From assembly GCF_041956535.1 (NCBI RefSeq), contig NW_027192204.1:499140-563139 (forward strand): DNA of 64,000 nt. The letters are read 5' to 3'. The notes under the pieces are model-generated. The model was given only the letters and a program-made list of their open reading frames with translations. It was not told the DNA's origin and searched no databases. Source of the DNA: Calcarisporiella thermophila CBS 279.70. Lineage: Eukaryota > Fungi > Calcarisporiellomycota. This document shows positions 37,299 to 49,947 of the stretch, piece by piece. The position numbers and the translations under genes are program-made. Position 1 is the stretch's first letter. Each line of letters begins with the position of its first letter.

Positions 37299-40200
37299 CT
37301 AGACAATCTCGATGTTATCCTCTCCATTTGCGGCTTTAGGGGACTCTTCCGTCCCCTCCAATTCCGAGGCGAGTGGCTGGACCGTGCTTAGAGGAGAGGG
37401 TGTCACGGGCGAAGCCCCGCCAAAGGGCTGTTGAGCAACAGAGGAGCCGAGGAGGCCCCGCGACGAAGAGGCGCCCCGCCCCCGGCCTCTCCCTCGGCCC
37501 CGAGGAGTGCTTGCTCCACCGCGAGGGGTAGAGGTTCCGCTTCTTCGCCCCCGCCTACCGCCTCCGCTTCCATTGGCACCCCCCGCAGAGGACGAGCTCG
37601 CCTCGGGCGTGCCCTCGTGGCTTGTCCGCCTGGAGCCCGCCGCCGATCCTCGGCCGCTTCGACCTCTACCACCACCTCCTCCTCCTCCGGCGCCACCGCC
37701 GCCTCGCCCCCCACGCTTGGGCTTGGTCTCCTCCTCCTGCCTTCGACGGGTCTGCTGTTCGGCAAGCTTCATCTCCAGCTCGTTGTCATCCAGCAGCAGC
37801 GACACAATCTCACGAGGCTTGAAGTCCACCTGCTGCTTGAACTCGCCGCCCGAGATCACCACCTTCTGGATTTCGTCCTTCTGCTTGGCACGCTGGCGGA
37901 TGCGCTCCTCGATGGTGCCCTTGGTGATGAGACGGTACACCGTCACCTGCTTGGTCTGGCCCAGGCGGTGCGCGCGGTCCATGGCCTGCTGGTCCACCGT
38001 CGGATTCCAGTCGCTGTCGTAGAAAATCACCGTGTCCGCCGCGGTGAGGTTGATTCCCAGGCCACCCGCGCGCGTGCTCAGCAGGAAGATGAAGATCTCG
38101 GGCCGGGTCTGCCAGTCGGTCACCATGTCGCGCCGGTCCGAGATCTTCGAGGACCCGTCCAGCCGCAGATACTTGTACTGCCGATAGATAAGGTACTCCT
38201 CCATGAGGTCGATCATCCGCGTCATCTGGAAGTAGATCAGCACCCGGTGGCCCTCGCTCTTGAGCTGCTCTAGGAGGCGGTCGAGCCGCGCGAGTTTGCC
38301 CGAGTCCATGATCAGCTTCTGCATCGGCGGCACCAGTATGTAGGTGAAGCCGTGCCACGGCCGCTCCAGCATGCCCCGGTCGTCCAATTCGTGAACGGCT
38401 GCGCCCACGAGGGCCTGCTCCCGGCCCGTCATCATCCGGTCGGTGTTCCCGAGCAGTAGGCCCCGCGTCAGGGGGTCGAACAGCTCGCGCTCCAAGTCCG
38501 CGTGGAAGCCGTGGTCGGAGCAGACGGCGCCAACGGGGGGAGAGAGCGCCGGCGGCATGAAACACCCATCCACGTTTCGGAGCAAGCTTTCGGCGCACAC
38601 CACCTCAGCCACCTCGGTCAGGGGCAGCAGCTTGCTTGCCGATGAGACGTAGGCCGGCGGGAGTGGGCTGCATGTCTCCGCGATGAGGAACAGGGCAAAG
38701 GTGTTGATCGGCGCTGCGGGGTCACTGGAGTGCATGCGTCGTCGAGCGCGCAATTTCCGGCGCAGTAAGTGGTTGAGCCAACGCAGCAGGACGCCTCCGA
38801 AGAATATCCGGCTCGCATCCATGGCATCCATATCACAAAATCGGACGAACGAGAAGGTGCCTCCCCGGGTCACCCCATCCTTGGCGGGCCCCTCGTCATC
38901 CAGCCCGAGCATCGAGCGATGGACGTTCTCCACGCTCCAGATGTTCATCAGGCGATCCAGATACTTGCCCCTCAGCCCCGCCGCGGACTGATGCCCTGGC
39001 ACCCGTAGGATCCCGCCCTCGCGGTATAGTTTTTTTGGGATATGATAGGTGATCAAGCTGCGTGTGGTGAAGGCCATCTGCAATAGATCGCCCTCGCGCG
39101 CAATGGACGGCGTCAGGGCAAACCTACCCATCACGAAAGGCGACTCGACATCGGCACGCTCGAACAGCTCCGGATGATTGCACACCTTTCGGAATTGCAT
39201 CACCAAGTTCATCAAGCTATCTAGACTCTCCGCCTCGTTCAGGGAGGTGGCCTTTTCGAGGAGCTCCGAAATCGATATCTTCTCCATAAGGCCTTTATAA
39301 AGCTGCCGTTGGCGAGCGGTAAGTTGGCACTCGATGTCGAGCTCGATCTTGAGGAGAGGGGAAAATTGGAGGGGGGGGGGGGGGATGAGTCCATTTTCTC
39401 TTTTTTATCGGTTCGGCTTTAAAAGTGGTGAACTCTTACCTTTTCTCCAAGCTCGTGCTGCACATTCCGTTTAATACGACGAAGCATGAACGGCTTGAGG
39501 ATCATATGGAGCCGTTTCAATTGATCTGTATGAATAAAAATTGGTTCAAGCGGGAAAAGAGGAGTGAGGGGATGAGCAAAAACAGCCAGTAGGGATTGTC
39601 TCCCACTTACGCTCATTCAGGCTGCTCTTATTTTCAGCATGGCTCTCGATATCCTTGGAAAACCACTCGCTAAATTCCTCGTGCGAATCAAACAAGGTAG
39701 GCATAATGAAATGCAGCAGGGCCCAGAGTTCTAATAGAACCATAAACAGGGTGAATACTAATACTCCACAAAAAAAAAACATCGTCCAACGAATCGACAC
39801 GGGCCCCATTACCTTGCATACTGTTTTGGATGGGTGTTCCCGTGAGCAACAGCCTGTTCCGACAATTGAATCCCAACAAAGTTTTCCATCGTACGCTCGA
39901 CGAGCTCTTGATCGCTTGTGCTTCGTCCAAGATCATATACTGCCACTTCACCCGCTGAAAGTACTTCTCATCCACCACCACGAGCTGATAGCTCGTGATC
40001 AGAACATGGAATGGAGCGTCGCGGCCATACATTTGATTCTTATGCCAGAACTTGCGCAGCGTCTTGCGGTCTTTGACGCTGCCCCAATAGGGAAGCGCAC
40101 GGAAGGCTGGCACAAACTTTGAGAACTCTTGCTGCCAGTTATGAAGGGTGGAAGCCGGCGCGATCACAAGGAAAGGCCCCCATATGTTCTGCGTTTCGGC

Positions 40201-43200
40201 CAGATACGAAAGGAGAGCAATGGACTGAACGGTTTTACCAAGACCCATTTCATCGGCCAGGATTCCGTTGATACCCTACAGGTAAGCGGGGGGGGGGGGG
40301 GGAGAGAGGGAGGGAGGATTGGATGGTAAATGGACGCTCCAATGATTAGCAAGAGAGAGAAAGAGAGAGGAATAAGCATTACCTGCTCGTAGAGATTGGC
40401 TAGCCAGTTCAGGCCCTTCAATTGGTAATTCTTCAGCTGGCACATAAGCATCTTGGGTTGGTGAATCTCGGTTGTACGCATAGTAGAGGGGTCCATGAAA
40501 TCCATGTTGTCGACTTGAAATTTAACCCATGAACACCGAGTTAGTCTTTGCCAGTAGGCACTCACGAAAAATGGACTTACAGGCTTCCTGTGTGACTCCG
40601 ATATCTTTTCCATTCGCGTCGCCGGCACGATTGGCCGCAGTCCGGCGCTCGCGGGCACCCTCATCGAAGATTCGGGTGCGCTCTGCCTGTGCCATCAGTG
40701 CATGATGAGCACTTTGACGCGCATGCTGACGGATCTTCTCATCGTCATCTGTGGTAGAGAGAGAGAATGTTGAGTTTACCACAATGGATTGGTTGTGGAG
40801 AGGCGGAGGAAAAAGTACGCACCAGCATCAAAATCGATATCTTCCAGCTGTGTAGGCTCCTCGGTCGACAGCATCAGATCATTGTCCAACTTGTCGTCCT
40901 TGGCGGACGCATCCATTGGGGTCGCGGCGGCAGAGGATGGTGTGGGGGATTCGATTTCATGTGAAGTAGCCTCAATGGCATCCGCTAGAAGGGGGGTAGG
41001 AAAGAAAAAGAAAAGGATGAGTCCAGAGATTCGTTGAATAGGGGGTTGAGAAATATAGTTGGGGCCTACTTTTGATTTTCCTCCCGATGAAGTGACTATA
41101 AATTTCCGTCTGAGTGATGAGGAAGTTGAGCTTCCTCTGTTGTCGTCTGGCCTCTCTTCTCTCCTCCTCGATCCTCAGTCGCTCCAGCGCTTCTCTTTCG
41201 GCACGCTTGCGGAGCTCGCGCTCCTCCTTCTCGTTCTTCTTCCAGAAGGAAAGCATCTCCTTCATGGCCCGTTTGCATCTGGCCTGCAGATCCTTCACGG
41301 AACGTGCAGAGCGGAGCACGGCCCGACGGGCCTCGCGGGCGCATTGCTGGGCAACCTTGCGATTGTTGGCCTGCCGAACAATGGTGGATTGGTTTACGAG
41401 GCGGTATGCCTTGGGTATCTCCTTGCGCGCAAGGGTAAGCCACACTTTACGCCGGCGGGCCTCGTACACATCGATGGCGGAGAGGGAGACGGGAGAGGGG
41501 GATGGGGCGGCCTCGGTGGTCGACAGGTCCTCCGTTTCGGCTCCGAGTGCATCGTCGTCTGTGGCCGCAGCAGAGGATGCACGATAGTGACGCTGGCCAT
41601 GCAGATGCCGGCGGTGGAAGAGGTGGTGCCGCTTGCGATGCCGCTTTCCATCCTCCTCTTCCCTCGCCTCCTCGTCCTCCTCGTCCTCCCCACCCTCTCC
41701 GAATGTATCGCTCTCGCCCTCCTCTAGCGCCACCTCCTCGCCCTGCAGCGATCTTCGCCGCCGCTTTACCACTTTGCGGCCCCGATACGCGCCTGAACCC
41801 ATTTTGCGCAACCACCATCCGTCCTCCGGCAGAGAGCCGTTGGCTTTGGCGACTCGCTGATCCTCACCGAGCTCCTCCTCGGAATCACTCAGCATCCGTC
41901 GATCCCGGCCCAGTCGGCCGTTCTCAGTGAGCCGTGACAAATACTTTTGTTGCCGTCGTAAGCTCTTCTCCTTACTCCGGCGCTCGTATGCCTCAATCAC
42001 ACGCCGCCTCCGCTTGTATAGACTCATCATGTAACGAAAGAGGGCCTCTTTGTCGTATGCATCTAACATGTCCTCGTCGCCCGAATCCTCGTCACTAATG
42101 GAGGGAACGGTCGCCTCAAGACGCGAAGCCGCCTCGGATCCCACCTTGTCACCCCCGCTCAAAGAGGTGGTGGTGGCGACGGCGGCAGTGGTGGATGGAG
42201 CAAGGGCCTCACGCTGGTTGGACGTGGCACCGTCCCCGTCAAAGGAAGAGTCCGACTCTTCGCCAGGGGGCTCCGTTTTCACGGAGGAGGCCTCCTCTTT
42301 CCTCCGAGCCGCTGCTGAGACGCGAGATTGTGCGGCGGCAGCCCGTAGCGCTGAAGCACGTGTCATTCCCCGTGCACGAGATCCTCGTCGGCCTCGACCG
42401 CGGCCACGGCCCCGCGTGACACCTGGCATTTCCACCGCATGGAAGAGCAGAGTTTTTCCTCCGGATGCCGCGGAGGGGTGAGGGTCTGCCACTGCCGCCG
42501 ATGCAGCCGGCGTCGAAGATGCCGCCATCGCGGAGTGAGGGGTGGAGTCGGGGGCATGGGGAGGGGGGGGCGAACCGCCCACCGGCACTGGTCCCTCTCC
42601 TTCCTCTCCGTCGGCCCCCTCCGCGAACCGCGGCCTCCAGCCAGAGGACCAGCGCTCCACAAACCGGGGCGCGGGATGATGGTGCGGCGACCCCTGCCCA
42701 CTTCCACGCCGCCGCCGGCGTCGCCCCCGCTTTGGCGTCGTTTGCTCTAAGGCGGCGGCGTGTCCTCCGCTCTCTTCGGATAAGTCTGGGGCCGGAGCTT
42801 CTTCCTGCTTGACTGGCCCCGTCTTTTGCGACTGGGCGGCTTTTTGCCCCTCATCGTCCGAGGCATTGTTCAACAGATTGCGAATCTGAAATTCACCCCG
42901 ATGCTGGCCCTCCGACTCGGGTCTATCGAGGTGTCTGGCGCGCTCCCTCTCACCGCCGACGCTGCTTTTGCCACCGTTCGCCAAGTGCGGAGCTGGATCG
43001 TCCAGGATCCGTTCAGCGTGTTCACTATAGACGATCTGGACCGGCTTTTGCGGAGGATGGTGCAGCTGCGAGCGGTGCTGGTGTGGAGTGTGTGGGGTGA
43101 GCGGGGGCTGGGGCTGGGGCTGATGCGGGTGTTGGTGAGGATGAGAAGGCTTAGGTGCATGCGGGTGATGAGCGTGGGGGTGATGGTGAGCCACCGCGGC

Positions 43201-44073
43201 AGGCGGATAGGACTCCTGCTGTTCGCTCAACAGAGTCGAGATGGACATGGAGGATCCGGCTTCGGGGGGATGCTGCGGGGAATGCGATGGAGGAGGGGGA
43301 GGGTGGTGTGCGTATGTAGGCGGATAGGCGCGGTGATGATAGTCCATTCCGGGGGAGAGCGCCGGAGGCGGAGGACGGTGATAATCAGAAGCGCCCACCG
43401 GAGATGGAAGAGGGGCGGCAGGTCGGTGAGGAGAATCCTTGGCCCAGGCAGCCCCGGTGGAATCGAGAGGCGGGGGGCGGCTATCGCCCACGGCTCCAGC
43501 GGGAGGATGGGTACCAACATGATAAGAGAACGGCGCCGGGCGTGATCTCGTCGGCTCGAAAGACGAGGGGGAGGAGGGAGGGAAGCGTTGATCTTGCATT
43601 CGTGCTTCCACATTCACCTGCATGCAAAAAGACACCTGTTAGATGCACTCTGGACAGACGCCATGATCCTAGACCAAACCATGTACCTGAGCAGGAGATG
43701 CTAGATAATCCAGGCCAGGCCCCTTTCTCTCCCACCCCGCGCCATACCCCGATGCGGGGGGATGCGAAGGTCTCACGGGCGAGCTCCCCCAAGGCGACAG
43801 ATCATGGTGCTGGTAGTGGGGGGGCGGCTGGGAGGGAGCCTGAATGGGAGGCAGCTGCTGATGCGGATGCGGATGCGGATGCGGATGCTGGAAGGGGGAG
43901 GGGGGAGGGGGCGGGTATTGTGGGTAGTGGGAGCCGAACTGAGCATAGGGAGGCCTCTGTTGGGGGGGCTGCGATGCAGGCTGGGATTGCTGGGGGGTGC
44001 GATCGATGTCGGCGGCGGAGGACTGCCACGGAGGCGATCGGTGGTAGAAGGGAGGGGAGCCTCCGTAGCTCAT
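37299..44073 (-). CDS. INO80: INO80 chromatin-remodelling ATPase
   Basis: DBINO/HSA region ([24 protein letters not shown]), [55 protein letters not shown], split ATPase, [15 protein letters not shown]. Confidence 0.95.
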
Positions 44074-44930
44074 AATGGCGGCTAATTCCTTCGCAGATCG
44101 ATGATTGCAGTGGGAGAAATCGGATAATGGGAGGAATCGCACTCTGCTCTAAAATGCCCTCATTCACGGCACTTGTTGGAGGATAGGCGAGATGAGAGCA
44201 GGCAGGCTGCTAAAAAAGGTAGGCTCGTAGAAGGCTCGTTTGGCGACTGGCGTCGATAGGGAAACGCGAAAAAAGAAAGGGGATGGGGGATTGGGCGGAA
44301 GAAAAGCTGGGAAGGCAGCAAGAAGGGGAAAAAAAAATAGAAGAGGTTTAGGAAAGGCAAGGCCTTCTAATAAGGTGACGTATCTCGCAAAGTAAGGAAA
44401 AAAACAGCGCTTGCTTTTTTGACCTTCGATGAGTTTTCGATTTTTTTTTTGGACATTTTTTGTTGCAATTTCAAACTTTAAACAGCGCTTGCCGCGTGTG
44501 TGTTTCTTGTACCGTGTTGAGGGCAGGCGCCCTCGCCCCTAACCTCCCGACCCAATTTTGATTTGTTTATATTATCGGCCAGGCGGGAATCCTGGGTACG
44601 CCTGCATGAAACGTCAGTGGCCCTGTGTTTATTAGAGGAAAAAAGAATTTACATACAAAGAAATAGGGAAAGAATCCACGGAAAAAAAAAAAAATAAGCA
44701 TCATAACAATAACGGCAACAATAACAATAAGAAAAAACAATAGGATGGGAAAAAGAATTTATATGTAAATCCTCCAGAAGACCGTCCTATACCCGAGCCA
44801 CATGCTGGTGGCCGAGCAAGAAGAGCGGAGGAGTAGGAGGAGGAGGAGGAGGAGATCATAAAGAGCATGGCACGGGAGGGGATGATACACAGCCATGGAA
44901 TAAGGGATAAATAAAGGGGGGAGGAAGCCC

Positions 44931-46058
44931 TCACGCACGATCTAACACCCGATCATGCAGCTGAACCAGGAATCGGAACAGCCGCCCGGGGGCCTTGTCC
45001 CACTGGTTGTGCCAGTGGAAGGCAAACGTCTGCTGGAGGCGGGCCTCGTCGAAGGCGTCCTCCGAGAAGGCGCTCGGCATGGAGTTCTGTGGCCGGCACA
45101 CGCTCGGATCGGTGAAGCACCAAGGGATGATCTTGAAGGGGCGGACGCCGTGGCGCAACAGCCGGTGGTAGATGCGGTAGTAGAGGTAGGTGCCCAGGTC
45201 GACCGAGTTCTCGCGCGGCTTGGGCCCGTGGGCAATCTCGGAGAGCATCTCGCAGAGATACGGCGACGAGCGGCGGAAGCGCATGAACGCCCCGTTGAAC
45301 GGATACGGCTCCGGAAGGAAGCAGTCCCACATCCCAACCCACTCGTGCTCCAGCAGCGGCCCCATGTCCCGCACAAAGAGCGAGTCCATGTCGAACCACA
45401 CCCCGCCATAGCGGTAGAGCACCAGGAGGCGCACCAGATCGCCGTCGAGGTAGGCAAAGTGGTCCTGGACCTCGAGGTTGGGCGAGCCCTCGAGCGGGGT
45501 CCCCACGGCCTCCCGCTTGGCGTCGAAGAGCTTGAGCTGGAAGCGCTCGCCGAAGCGCTCCCTCAACGGGGCTAGCACCGGGTCATCGGAGAGATCGCCA
45601 TTGGACCACAGGTAGAGGGTGGAGCGGGTATGATTTTGGGTTGCGAAATAGGACCTAAGCGTGGCCACCTGCTTCTCCCCAATCGACCGCAGATCGGAGC
45701 GCCAGTACGCATGGTAGATCACATCCTCGCGGGGAATGTCCGGATGATTCTGCAATGTGGCCGCAAAATCGTAGCAGTTCCAGTCCCGGTCCAGCTGGAT
45801 GCCCGGCGTGATGTCGTAGTGGGTGGGCGGATAGGGGGCCGTGTGCTTGCAGTAGAGCTCCCCATCGCCATCGGTCTCCGCATGATTGCGGTAGTAGACG
45901 CTGAGGCTGATGTTCACTCCAAAGAGCGAGAAGAAGATGATCACGGAAACCACAAACACCACGATGAAGTATTTTAGAAAGCTAAAACATCCTTGCCGTC
46001 GCCCAGCCCCATTCAACCGCATATACGGGACGACTTTTCGATTGAACCATAACATCAT
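44931..46058 (-). CDS. Glycosyltransferase family 32 (DXD sugar-binding) type II membrane protein, intronless
   Basis: N-terminal TM helix; DLVRLLVLYRYGGVWFDMD; C-terminal FAFHWHNQWD. Confidence 0.85.
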   Translation of the reverse strand: MMLWFNRKVVPYMRLNGAGRRQGCFSFLKYFIVVFVVSVIIFFSLFGVNISLSVYYRNHAETDGDGELYCKHTAPYPPTHYDITPGIQLDRDWNCYDFAATLQNHPDIPREDVIYHAYWRSDLRSIGEKQVATLRSYFATQNHTRSTLYLWSNGDLSDDPVLAPLRERFGERFQLKLFDAKREAVGTPLEGSPNLEVQDHFAYLDGDLVRLLVLYRYGGVWFDMDSLFVRDMGPLLEHEWVGMWDCFLPEPYPFNGAFMRFRRSSPYLCEMLSEIAHGPKPRENSVDLGTYLYYRIYHRLLRHGVRPFKIIPWCFTDPSVCRPQNSMPSAFSEDAFDEARLQQTFAFHWHNQWDKAPGRLFRFLVQLHDRVLDRA

Positions 46059-47565
46059 CTCCGAGGACAAGTGCTGAATTTAAAACTGGGATGGCCCCTG
46101 GTAAGTCTTGAAAGCGAAGATACGGATGTGAACTCTGCAAAACGGGTGTCAATACGCCAAAGAGCAACTATTCCATCCAAACTAGAAGCATTCACGACAA
46201 TAAAGGCCGAGGCACAGGGGGGGGAGGCGAGACGGAGGCGGTGGCACACTCGAAGTCCAATCCAAAGGCAGTGACGGGAGGAAGGAAAGAGCTTTCCAAA
46301 GGATTTCCAGCAAGACTTAGGCTCGCACCTAAAATTAATTCAATTAATGCAGATTGTGGCTTATGCCAAGCTGATTGGCGTAGAGTTAGGTTCACCATAG
46401 GAGAATAGCGCGGAAGGGAGGGGCGGAGCGAGGGCGAGGAAGGGAGGGAAGGGAAGCGGCCCTCTACATCCGACTCCATGATGGAGGCTGGCGGGGCCCG
46501 TTGGTAGGCAGGGGAGGCAGTGTGGCGTCGGCTTGGCCGTCGGCCAAACTGGCGCCTGCAAGTTCGATGCGTTTGGATTTCTCGCAGCCAAGACTCTGAG
46601 CCGTATCGGTCTATCGGAGCCCAAAATGGGCTTTATTTATGTAGAACCAAACTCAATGAAGAAGCAAAAGAATTCATCATGCATTCCCTCCCCCTCCTAC
46701 AGAAGATTCGTTCTTTCTATGAAACACTCGCGAGAAGATGAATAGAAAAAAGAACACGAATACGATCCTCATGCGTTCTTTTGGGAGCTAGCTTTCCGGT
46801 CAGTCCCAGAGGCCGGTTCCGGAAAAAGCCCGGATAGAGGCTGCATCGAAGAGGATGTCAGAAAAGGGACAGACGGGTGGATGGTGGATTCGCGGCTATG
46901 CATCCAGCCATAGCTCCGATTTCCTCTACCATGCTCCCCTTCTTCCAAGAGAGCTGCTCATACCAGAGTGCAAGCTGAGAATAGGGCCATGGAATATGGA
47001 AGAATCGAAGGTTTGCAAAGAGTGGAAACGTTCATTTGACACTCCTAAGGTTCTATCAGATGTCCCTTGGAAAAAAAAAAAATAGGATTTACGGCGTACT
47101 TAAGGTGAAGTGTGGTTTACTGCCTATAGGAATAAACGAGGGAAGGCGTCTATCCTCAGCTTGCAGATCGGATTCAGTTTACGTAGGGCGGGGGATGGAT
47201 AGGTAGTATTCTTCTTCTTCTTCTCTCTTCCCTCATCTTCTTCTTGTCTCTTCCTCTTGCTTGGAGAGGATCCTCCCTTGAAGGCTTAACATCGTCGCGC
47301 CCTCGATTCCCATGGGACCATTCGTCGGACGAGTGCGCAAAATCAATCACCCATCCAATAGCGAGGGGAGGGCCATGGTTCCATGGCTGGCTAGCAACTA
47401 GGAAGATAAAAATGGCTTTAATGGAAAATTTACAGAAGAGGAATAGAGGAACGAAAAGTAGAAAAAGAGAAGAACTGTACAGTCGAATTAAAAAAAAGCA
47501 CAAACACATAAACAAAAGGAAAATAATAAAGGAGGCACCCTGTAAGAAAAAAGAACCAAAAAAAA

Positions 47566-47566
<1 letters not shown>

Positions 47567-47596
<30 letters not shown>
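47567..47596. repeat. (TA)15 microsatellite
   Basis: Direct reading, close to the left edge of the second gap. Confidence 0.9.
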
Positions 47597-47600
<4 letters not shown>

Positions 47601-47615
47601 GAGTGTGTAGAGATG

Positions 47616-48229
47616 NNNNNNNNNNNNNNNNNNNNNNNNNNNNNNNNNNNNNNNNNNNNNNNNNNNNNNNNNNNNNNNNNNNNNNNNNNNNNNNNNNNNN
47701 NNNNNNNNNNNNNNNNNNNNNNNNNNNNNNNNNNNNNNNNNNNNNNNNNNNNNNNNNNNNNNNNNNNNNNNNNNNNNNNNNNNNNNNNNNNNNNNNNNNN
47801 NNNNNNNNNNNNNNNNNNNNNNNNNNNNNNNNNNNNNNNNNNNNNNNNNNNNNNNNNNNNNNNNNNNNNNNNNNNNNNNNNNNNNNNNNNNNNNNNNNNN
47901 NNNNNNNNNNNNNNNNNNNNNNNNNNNNNNNNNNNNNNNNNNNNNNNNNNNNNNNNNNNNNNNNNNNNNNNNNNNNNNNNNNNNNNNNNNNNNNNNNNNN
48001 NNNNNNNNNNNNNNNNNNNNNNNNNNNNNNNNNNNNNNNNNNNNNNNNNNNNNNNNNNNNNNNNNNNNNNNNNNNNNNNNNNNNNNNNNNNNNNNNNNNN
48101 NNNNNNNNNNNNNNNNNNNNNNNNNNNNNNNNNNNNNNNNNNNNNNNNNNNNNNNNNNNNNNNNNNNNNNNNNNNNNNNNNNNNNNNNNNNNNNNNNNNN
48201 NNNNNNNNNNNNNNNNNNNNNNNNNNNNN
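47616..48229. other. Assembly gap (N run)
   Basis: 614 consecutive N. Confidence 1.
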
Positions 48230-48323
48230 TATACGTGAGAGTGTGTAGAGATGCAGGGAGAGAAAGAGGAAGAGAGGAGCAAAGAGAGGGGGGGAAGGGG
48301 GGAGTGGGGGGAGAAGGAGGAGG

Positions 48324-49947
48324 TCAAAAATCCGGAAACATCTCTCTGAAAGCGTCGAGCTCATTTCCGGTGGGTAACACGCGCTGCTCGGGGTATTTGT
48401 CAAAGTTGCTTGTGTCCCCGGGGTGTCGGAAGGGGGGCACAAGGGGCGGCGGCTGCTTCCGGTCCAGGACCTTCTGCCAGTCGACGCCTGCGAACCAGGG
48501 GTGCGCTTTGACGTCCTCCGCGCCATGCTTGAGATTGCCGAGGCGCTTCGTGCGATCCAGCGTCAGAAGCCGACGCACAAGGTCACGTGAGTTCTTATCG
48601 AAGTGGAGCGGGAAGTGGATTTTGCCATCGAGAATCTTCTCGTAGGTGCCGAACGGGGTCTCGTCGAAAAAGGGGGGATGCCTAGACATCAACCACGCAA
48701 GGAGCAAAAAAAACGATTAGCACTTGGGGCCCACAGACCGACCTCTCTCCAGCGGTACTTACCCGGCCAGCATCTCAAAGATCAGGATTCCGAGGGCCCA
48801 CCAGTCGACGGCCTTGGAGTGGCCCGAGCTATTCACGATCTCCGGGGCTAGGTACTCGGGGGTGCCGCAGAGCGTCCAAGTCCGATCCTCGACCCGCTTG
48901 GCAAAGCCAAAGTCGGTGATCCGGATATGGCCCTCTTTGTCCAGGAGGAGATTCTCCGGCTTGAGGTCGCGATAGATGACGCCCTGGTTGTGGAGGTACT
49001 CGATGGCAAGGACGATTTCCGCAGCATAGAAGCGGGCCACCTCGGGTTGGAATCGGCCAGCGCGGCGCAGATGGGAGAAGAGCTCGCCGCCCGGCACAAA
49101 GTCCATAAGCATGTAGAGATTTCGCTCGTCCTGGAAGGTGCAGTAGCTGGAGAAGCCGCAGAGAGGAGAGAGAGGAAAGGTAGAAAAGGGGAGTCAGCCT
49201 CAAGGGGGATCTCACAACCGGCAAGGAAAGAGAAAAGTACACCTACAGATTGACGATGAACGGAAACTGGATCTCGGAGAGGATCTTGCGCTCGGAGTTG
49301 ATGTGCTCCACTTGCTTGAGGCGCACCACCTCCGTCTTCTTCAGGATCTTCATTGCGTAGTACGCCCCGTCCTTTTTCAACTTGGCCAGGTGGACTCGGC
49401 CGAAGGTTCCGGTCCCTAGATTGCGAAAGCGAAAAGGCGACATAAGGGAAAGGTTAGCCAGGGACGATCTGGTGAGTAAGAATGGTGGGCAGAGCAAAAG
49501 TACGGTACCTAGTGTTTGCATGAACTCGATGTCCTTGAGCCCGAATTCCGGGCTCGATGTAAAGCAGCTCTTCGATTCCGGGTACACCAATTCCTGCTTC
49601 TGGCATTTCTCCTCTTTCCCCGCACCATCGATGACCTTGCGCCTCCCCAGCACTGCATTGATGATCTTTTTCTCCTTGATCAGCTCCTCCCCCACCTCTG
49701 CAAATGAGGGAGGGGGCAGGCTGTTGGTGGGCTGAGAAGGCAATCGGCGGTGGAATTGGCTACGGCGAACGCTCTCAGAGAGAGAGCGAGAGCGCGAAGT
49801 GGGGGATGCGGGAGGGGGAAACGACAAAGCGGCGGTGGCATTTTCACGGCACAGGGACGGCGGCGTGGGGAGGCAGGAGAGAAGGGAGGCCTTGGAGAGA
49901 GAGTGAGGGGGATTCCATTGCGGATGCTGCTTAAGGGCTCCCACCAT
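48324..49947 (-). CDS. cAMP-dependent protein kinase catalytic subunit (PKA-C/PRKX-like)
   Basis: [61 protein letters not shown], and the C-terminal FxxF end (FPDF). Confidence 0.93.

Noticed and set aside
44361-44415. AGTAAGGAAAA resembling part of U12 snRNA
   Set aside because: Lacks the adjacent 5' TGCCTTAAACT..TG context and an Sm site; it lies in A-rich promoter sequence.
47174-48526. ORFs of 200-450 aa spanning the second gap
   Set aside because: Artefacts of translating N runs and A/T-rich UTR sequence.
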